Part shown: positions 22,565 through 29,708 of the stretch, piece by piece
Layout: each line of letters opens with the position of its first letter
How positions within the stretch are numbered: the stretch's first letter is position 1
Origin: Peribolospora baueri
Taxonomy: Eukaryota
Length of the DNA stretch: 29,708 nucleotides
Assembly: GCA_029717555.1 (NCBI GenBank)
Contig: JAMDHS010000080.1
Span: 62,001 to 91,708, forward strand
Reading direction: 5' to 3'
The notes under the pieces: generated by a model
Seen by the model: the letters and a program-made list of their open reading frames with translations, nothing else
The model's database searches: none
Told to the model about the DNA's origin: nothing
Position numbers and translations under genes: made by a program

Positions 22565-25329
22565 ATGGTAGATCCGGCGCCCTCCACTTCTGCAGAGCTC
22601 GCTATGGCGGCTCCCGCTGCGGCTGTGCCCGTCTTCGACGAGTCGGCCCTGACCGACTCGGAAGCGTCCGATTCGGAGACCCCACCTTTCTCCTCCCGCA
22701 AGGCCTCCAGGCGCCTCTCGTCTTCTGTTCAAGCTCGCTATGGGCGCAAGGCTTCGAGAAGCGCGACCGTCGAGGAGGTTGTGCGGCTCAACAAGGGCGC
22801 CGACGAAACGGAAGGAGCGGAAGCCCTTCGCGAAAAGCTCCGCGAGCAGCTGTTGCAAGACGACCAGCCTTCGTCGTCGGCCGCCTCTTCCTCGGGCGGC
22901 GGGCGTCGTAGGAGCAGCGCCGCCTCTCGCGCAGCGTCCGCCGTCGCTCGCCGGCTGTCCAAATCGAGCGGACAGCCCGGCTATGGAGTCGAGCGCGAGG
23001 ACGTGGTAAGGGCGTTATCGCTTTCGCCCTCGCCCATCCACAGCGAGGGCATGCGAAGGAGAGAGAGCAGCGGCGTCATGGGTGTGGACAGCCAACCATC
23101 GGGACTGTCGCAGCGCACCACACACTCGTCCTTGGCCTTGAATGTCCAGAGCCAAGGGGAGCTCGAGAACGACGGCCGCCGTTCTCCCTCGCCGATGCCG
23201 GACGACCAGACCAGCGGGAGCGCCAGTGGGCTCGCGCCCGCCCTCGTCGCCCCTTCAGCTCCTCAGCGCACGCACACCTCCACGCTCCCGCACCTCTCTT
23301 ACGACACCGGCCACCATCCGCTCTCTGTCACGTCGATGACAACGAGTTCCGTGGCACCCACCATCACCGCCGCCGAACAGCCCCTCACTACCGCCTACTT
23401 TGGCGTTTTCACCCCTATCGTCGAGTCACCGCCTTTCACGACCCCGTCGACGCCCACTGCCGGCCCGTCTGACCCCCGCGCGAACCTCGCCAGCTACTTT
23501 CCCGCTATGGACGACCCCTCGTCCAAGAGCGTCAGCAGCGGCACGGAAGGCAAGAACAGGTTCTCTTCTTCGTCGCACGCTTACCCACCCTCGCTCGCGC
23601 GCGTCCCTTCGTCGGCTTCCGCTTCGAGGGCGCCAAACAGACTTCCGTCGCTCCATGAGCCGGATCCTGCGGTCACGGAAAGGGAGGGAGATGGGAAACA
23701 GACGGGAAGGCTGGGAAGTCGGAAGGGTGTCGCGCTCATGATTGTCACCGGTACTGCGCAGGTGAGCGCCTAGAAGGGGGGGGTGAAGAAGAAGGACGAG
23801 GCGTGAAAAGCAAGCTGGAAGATTTGCTTATCGCTTGCACTGCACGACCGCGTGCTTAATCCGTCGCGATCCGCGGCCTCTTCCTTCGGACGTCCTCTTC
23901 GGTGACATTTCCCTCGCTCTAGATGCTTGACAATATTCTCCTCACTTCGGTCAACATTGCTCTCCCCGCCATCTGTAAAGAACTGAACATCGCGCAAGCC
24001 GACACTTCATGGCTGATGTCCGCGTATGCCTTAGCCTTCGTGAGTGGTGATCGTCTGCCAGCTTGACGCTCTCGCTCCCCTTCTGATCCTGTCTCCCTCA
24101 TCTGCTCTCCCACGCGCATACATAGGGTAAGCACATAAGAGGAAGATTTTGCGGTTTTTTTTTTTTTTTTTTTTTTTTTTTTCTTTCTTTCTTTCTTTCT
24201 TATTTTCTGTACGTTCCGCCGTTTCTCAACGACGACCGACCGTTTTTGTTTTCGCTCCGCGCAGGCGGCTTCTTGCTCCTCGCTGGCGTGCTCAGCGACC
24301 GGTACGGGAGAAAGAGGATCTTCGAACTCGGCATGGCTTGGTTGACTCTTTGGACTTTGGGTGAGATGTCGCCGGCGCAGCTCCACCGCTGCGGCGGAGC
24401 ACCCGCGAACGATAGGTCCAGGTTGGCTCACAAATACGTTTCCTCGTCGGTCCGAAACGCCATCGCATGCCTTGCCTTCGTTTCGGATGTACGCCCACAG
24501 CTGTCTCTTTTGCGCCCAACGAAGTCTCTGTTATCCTATTCCGCGCCATGCAAGGCCTTGGTGCGGCGGCTACTGTCCCTTCGGCCGTGGGCATCATCTC
24601 TGCCTTCTTCGTCGGCAAAGACCGCAACACGGCGCTCTGTTATTTCGGAGCTTTTGGTGCGGTTGGCTTCTCTGCCGGTGAGTACACACGCATCTTTGAC
24701 CTCTGTTCAGGAGAAGACAATGCTGACGCTACCTCGCATGCTCTTCCTTTTTCTTTCTTTTGACATTGATTGACCAGGCCTCATCTTCGGCGGCATCGTC
24801 ACCTCCTTCCTCTCTTGGCGCTACATCTTCCGCCTTTCCGCCGTGCTCACCGGCTTGACCGGCATAGCCGGCCAGTTCGTCCTGCCCACCGACAAACAGG
24901 GTGAAGGCCCTAAGCCGGCACTTGATTTCCTCGGCGCCGGCCTCGGCACTGGTGGCCTTGTCCTCTTGGTGTTTTGTCTATCGTCTGGGGGAGTCTACGG
25001 ATGGGGCAAAGTGAGCAGATCTGTTCACCGCTTTGGGAGATCGGGCCAGGAAGATCGCCTACGCTCTGACATGTTTCTCCCCCCTTCGTACTGCGTCGCT
25101 TCACAGGCTTTCCTCATCGTCCTCCTCGTCCTTTCCGTCCTGGTCCTGTTCGCCTTCACTTTAGCAGAGAAAAAGGTGAAGAATCCGATCATGCCTCTCA
25201 GCCTGTGGAAGGCTCCCAACTTTGCCGTCGCCTGGGTCTGCGGCCTGCTCTTGTACACCTGGGTGAGTCTCTTATGTCACAACGCGATCTCGGTGCGCGT
25301 CCGTGTCTGACGCCCTTCGGTTGTCACCG

Positions 25330-25370
<41 letters not shown>

Positions 25371-26284
25371 TCCCTTTGGAAAGTGGCAAGCGGAGGTCTA
25401 TTACATGGTTCTGATGGCCCAGAATGTCTATCGACTGAGCGCGATCGAGACAGCACTGCGCTTCCTCCCCATGGGCGTCATATCGTTCCCCATCTGCGTG
25501 AGCGGGGCGTGGTTCTTCGAACGCTTCCAGCTCAAGAAACTCATGTAAGCGTCACAGGAGCCACTCACACGGCATAGCCATCCACTCACGCACTCACTCC
25601 ACTCCCCCCCGACGCGACGTTGTAGCATATTTGGCATGATCGGCTGCGTCCTCGCGCCCGTCCCCGCGGCCGTCATGCACGTTGGGGACAACTTTTGGTC
25701 GCACCTGTGGATCACATCGATCATAGGAGTCATCTTCATCTCCTTCTCCTACGCGTGCATCAATCTCGCTCTCGTCAGCAGCGTGCCGCCCTCGGCCAAG
25801 GGTCTCGCCGGCGGACTAGCCAACACGGCCTACCAGCTCGGTTCGGGGGTGAGTGGCTCCTTCAGTCGAGGCCGGCGCTTTTGAGAATGGACAACACGGC
25901 GACGGCTCTTGCTTCGAACGCGCTGATGGACCGTGTCTGTCGTCCTCGGCCGCCGCCGCCGCCCCCGTTTTCCAGATCGGTCTCGCCGTCACCGCAGCCG
26001 TCCAGCAGGGCGTCTCCAAGAAGCTAACGGGCGATCCGACTTCGGTGTACAACTTGTCAGTCCCGACGGTGCACTCCTTCTGTCTACCTCGGTCTGTCCC
26101 TTTTCTTCTTGCTCATCCATCCATCCCTCCTCTCTCCGCCTCTCCCATCCCATCCCATCACAGACTGCAAGAATACAAGGCGTGTCTTTGGACTACTAGC
26201 GGCATGGCCGGCGTCGGAGTTGTCCTCGTTGTCCTGTTCTTGAAAGAAATCGCTCCCGTACCGGGCGCCGTCACCACGCACTGA
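22565..26284 (+). CDS. MFS drug:H+ antiporter (DHA2, 14-TMS, Atr1/EmrB-QacA-like) with a long disordered N-terminus, 853 aa. Exons 22565-23761, 23923-24039, 24126 (1 nt), 24265-24360, 24501-24677, 24778-25010, 25107-25262, 25384-25544, 25626-25848, 25976-26055, 26164-26284
   Basis: AQMLDNILLTSVNIALPAI, SWLMSAYALAFGGFLLLAGVLSDRYGRK (motif A), FRAMQGLGAA (motif B), LSWRYIF, LDFLGA, KNPIMPLSLW and GLAGGLANTAYQLG. Exons total 2562 nt, in frame when the single-nucleotide exon is included. Confidence 0.92.
24126..24126 (+). other. Putative single-nucleotide exon (G)
   Basis: Context catag|G|gtaagc. Upstream intron 24040-24125 has donor gtgagt, a ctgat branch candidate and a pyrimidine tract. Downstream intron 24127-24264 has donor gtaagc and ends cgcag. 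The G supplies the first base of a conserved Gly codon. Confidence 0.78.
24155..24182 (+). repeat. T28 homopolymer followed by (TTTC)n, intronic
   Basis: Read directly; lies in the intron immediately downstream of the 1-nt exon. Confidence 0.9.
25332..25367. repeat. (AT)18 microsatellite, intronic
   Basis: Perfect AT dinucleotide run in MFS intron 25263-25383. Confidence 0.92.
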
Positions 26285-27123
26285 GCAAGCAAGGCCTCGC
26301 AGACGACGGACGACGGCCGACGGTCGTCTGACGTGCCACTTCCATCTCCCCTTTGATGCCTTCTGACGCGAAGTGATCGTCTGTTCCCTTCCTTCGTCGA
26401 GAACTCGATGTCAGCCAGATTCCCCCCGTTCATTCCCCGTTTCCATGTTCCTTCCCTCTCCCTCTTTCCTCTCTTCATCGCTCGTTGTCGTCGTGGTAGC
26501 GGTGTGGTATCGGTATGGTAAACGGGCAGAGATGAAAGTCACTTGAACCTCGATCCTGGGAAGCACTTCCGCCCCTTGACCCATCATCCATCCATGCCCG
26601 TCCGCATCGGCTAGACCAACGGGCGGGGGATGGCGGTGTGGAGGGCAGCGTCGCCGCAGCCTCACCGCCGCATGCAAAGCAACAAACGAAAGCTTAGGTC
26701 AGCTAGCTAGCTCCTCCGCGCGAGCGCCACCCGTCCGTCCGCCGCGATGCACCGAGTCGAGTGTGAAACTCGAGCTCGAGGTCCAGGCACGCCAAGCGCA
26801 GCGCGGCGGGTGACGTGGTGAACGGACGTCCATGCGAGCCCGCCGTCGCAAGCGCGGTCGATGGATTGGGCGCGAGGCAAGGGCGGCGGGTAAGTAAGTA
26901 AGTAAAGTAATTAAACGCGGGTAATAGGCAAGTCGAGTGATAGTATAATGACATCACGATTGGCCCGCTCGCTGTCCGGCCCCGGCCCTGGCCCCGAGCG
27001 CCGTCTTCCTCCGCCGCTCGTCGTCCGGCCGGATTCGGTGTTTGTACAGCGACGACGAGCGAGCGAGCGAGCATCGACGGACCGACAAACGACGAACGAC
27101 GACCGACGACTGGCTTCGTTTCT

Positions 27124-27150
27124 CACCACCACCACCACCACCACCACCAC
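27124..27150. repeat. (CAC)9 microsatellite upstream of the NT-C2 gene
   Basis: Read directly. Confidence 0.9.
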
Positions 27151-27464
27151 CGCCACCTTCCTCGTCCTTATCCCCTTCGCCCCCAGCCTTCGCCATGCCT
27201 TGCCCTCCCCATCACGCCCGATAGGGCCCACGCGTACGCCAACAGACAGCTAGCTCACCCCGCCCGTGAGACGAACGTGCATGCATCCCCCTCTTCCCCC
27301 TCTCGCTCCCTTTCCTCCTGCTCGTCGTCGTCTGCATTCCCTCATCCCAAGTCCCTCGCGCCTCCGTGAGGCACCGCCGCCCCGTTGCTTCGAACGACGT
27401 TCTAATAGTCCCCTCGCGTGCGCCATTATCAGTTTATCACCACATACATCCACCACCGCCCGCC

Positions 27465-29653
27465 ATGGCGTCCCTGCGCCACCCTTTCTCTCGCCACGCC
27501 GCCTTCCGCGTCACCTTGACCATCCATGACCTCTCCGACGTGCCCTTCCTCTCCGGCAAATTTAGCGCCAAGTGGAAGATCAAGGGCGCTCACACCGCCG
27601 CAGACGCTGTGCCATCATTGAGCACCACCCCACCCTTCAAGCCCAAGCCCAGGGCGTCTGCCAAGGCCAAGGGCAAGGCGAGAGAGGTGGAGGACGTGCG
27701 AGAAGAGGCGGGCGAGGACGACATGGCGGAGGCGGAGGGAGGCGAAGAGGAAGAGGAAGAGGAAGAGGAGGAAGAGGAAGAGGAAGAGGGAGAGGAGGAG
27801 AACGAGGATGACCAGGCCGATCGACCGCCGTTCGTGGCCGACAGTCCCGTCCAGGAGGAAGACGACGAGCGTCTCGACATCGTCGCCGGCACCGGGAGCG
27901 ACAGACGAGCGAACACGGTCGACACGTTCGCCAGTGCGAGCACGAGCGCAAGCGACGGCACCAGTCGTCAAGCTAGTCGCGACCCTTCGCCGAACCCGTC
28001 CACATCGCACCTGCCCGGCGGCCGTCCGCACGCCTGGTTCGCCCGCCAACACATCGCAGACGGTGATCAGGCCGGCGAGCGCGACGTGACGCCTACGCCC
28101 GATCCGCCGGACACCGCCAAGCCGGTCGTTCAAGACAGCGCGCCTGTGGAGATCGACTTTACGCGCCGTTCAAATGGGCACCACGACGCCGCCGACCATG
28201 GCCGATCCGACACGTTACGACCCAAGATGGAGCGCGAGCCTTCGTTGCGCTCCGCACATTCGGGCAAGTCGTCCATCTGGAGCGAAGGACAAGGACACGG
28301 AGCCGCTTCCACTTCCACCAGGTCCAGCACCACCTCTGGCTCTCCCTCTCGCTCGGCCGCGCCTTCGGCCTCTCACTCTAGCACTTCATCGCCTTTGATC
28401 CCCCCCATTCGCGCCAACACCTCCACCGCCTCCTTCTCCTCCTCCCAATCTCGTCCTCTCCCCTCCCCTCCTAAGCTCAACCTCCAACTCCCGTCAGCGC
28501 CTTCCACCGCCTCCTCGCCCTTCTCCCCTTCCTCTCCCGCTCCAACTTCGGCGGTCGTGGCCAAGATGGAGGAGTGGTTGGGGCCGATCAGCAATCGGCC
28601 CAAGGGGGCCACAGCCGAGGCCGACGTGCGAGATCATCGTGTCGTGTGGAACCAGCGCGTCGTCGTTGACGTGAGGGTCGCCATCGGCAAGGACGGCGAG
28701 CTGATGCCCACGGAGCTCAAGTTTATCGTCAAACAGGTCAGGGCCGGCGCGTCTTTTTGTTTTCCGCAGACGGTAGAACCGCTCCGATCTGACGCCGGCT
28801 CTCTCTTCCTCCCCTACGCAGACCTTATCACCCACCGACCGATCCCGCCTCGGCATCCTGCGCATCAACTTGGCCGAGTACGCCCCTTCTTTTCATCACC
28901 GCCGCCCATCTCACCCCTCCCATCCTTCTTCTCGACGAGTGTCCCCCTCCGAGACGCCCGTTCTCTCCTCCACCTCCCACTCACCACTTCCCTCCCTTCG
29001 CCCCGTCCCGCCAGTGCGCGCCTCGACGCTGGCGACGCCGATTCGAGCCAACGCCGGAGCGAGCTCTCTCAATGGGCATTTCACCCCCGTCAACGGCCAT
29101 CACGCCGACGCGGACGGTGGCGGTGGCATGAGGACGGCCGGCCCGACCTCTCTCACCCTTGCCTCCGCGGACGCACAGGCCAACCCGGTGGTGGTGAGAA
29201 AGACAGGGCCGCGCAAGTTCCGCCTCAAGGAGAGCAAGAACGATGCGCTGCTCAGGGTCACGTTCGAGGTGGAGTGGACGGGTGGGGAGGTGGAGTATCG
29301 GACGTGAGTCGGACCCGGCGCCGCGTTCTGGGGCGCGAGCGGATGCTGATTCCTTTCGTGCCGTTCTTGCCCAACTTCCCTCGCGTCATTCGATTTGGTA
29401 TACCACAGTCCTCGGATGCAAAAGGACCAGAGTTTGGCCGAGCTCTCCGTTTCGGCGCTGCTCAACGCCAACGGCGATTTCACTCGTGAGTGACCGAACA
29501 TGTACCACGACGACCCGCTGGGGCGCAACGGTCGAGCTCATCCCTCCCGCATCGTCCGACCGTCCCTGTCCCTTACACACAGGCCACAGGCGATACAAGT
29601 CCAACGGGTCGAACAACAGCTCGACCAGCTCTTTGCTCGGCCCTGCGTGGGCC
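27465..29653 (+). CDS. NT-C2 (EEIG1/EHBP1-type N-terminal C2) domain protein, 3' end outside window. Exons 27465-28736, 28822-29303, 29409-29485, 29583-29653
   Basis: AFRVTLTIHDLSDVPFLSGKFSAKWKIK ... KGATAEADVRDHRVVWNQ ... ELKFIVKQ ... LGILRINLAEYA ... RKFRLKESKNDALLRVTFEV are the NT-C2 strands. Strong ATG context cgccATGG; canonical introns; a new donor gtgagt opens at 29654. Confidence 0.85.
27744..27800 (+). repeat. (GAR)n repeat encoding a polyglutamate tract in the NT-C2 protein
   Basis: gaagaggaagaggaagag... translates to a long Glu run (EEEEEEEEEEEEEEEGEEE). Confidence 0.9.
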
Positions 29654-29670
29654 GTGAGTTTTTTTCTTTC

Positions 29671-29701
<31 letters not shown>

Positions 29702-29708
29702 TCTTTTG

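Noticed and set aside
24040..24345. MFS gene as a frameshifted pseudogene
   Set aside because: All other exons and motifs are intact, and the apparent frameshift is resolved by the 1-nt exon flanked by consensus splice signals.
1795..26284. FMO plus MFS exporter as a secondary-metabolite cluster
   Set aside because: The genes are about 18 kb apart, separated by core genes, with no backbone synthase or cluster transcription factor.
755..26284. Stop-codon readthrough producing cryptic peroxisomal (PTS1) isoforms
   Set aside because: None of the nine stop codons has the TGA-CTA readthrough context, and the extensions I followed (FMO, Maf) do not end in an SKL-like tripeptide.
27366..29489. 707-aa ORF as a single-exon gene
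   Set aside because: After KFIVKQ the NT-C2 motifs continue in another frame via intron 28737-28821, so the ORF's tail is an unspliced read-through artefact.

Overview
Eukaryotic, GC-rich, intron-dense genomic DNA with the gene structure of a basidiomycete fungus. Introns are about 64-187 nt, with GTRAGY-type donors, CTRAC-like branch points and YAG/AAG acceptors. I spliced ten protein-coding genes by hand: the 3' end of a probable ATRIP/Rad26-like gene, a flavin-containing monooxygenase, DASH subunit Dad3, a 790-aa disordered orphan, a Maf/YhdE-type nucleotide pyrophosphatase, a Sec24C/D (Sfb3)-type COPII subunit, a RAD51C-like paralog, an Avt2-like amino acid transporter, a DHA2-type MFS transporter and the 5' part of an NT-C2 protein. 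All eight complete models give intact reading frames. The most striking observation is in the MFS gene: the conserved motif AYALAF-GGFLLL stays in frame, using the strongest splice sites, only through a single-nucleotide exon (G at 24126, context catag|G|gtaagc) between two complete introns. Also notable are a GC-AG intron in the FMO gene and two dense CACGTG clusters in divergent promoters, one with a perfect GTCACGTGAC palindrome upstream of the vacuolar-type transporter. I recognised no tRNA, rRNA, mobile element or CRISPR array. Family calls rest on remembered motifs, not database searches.
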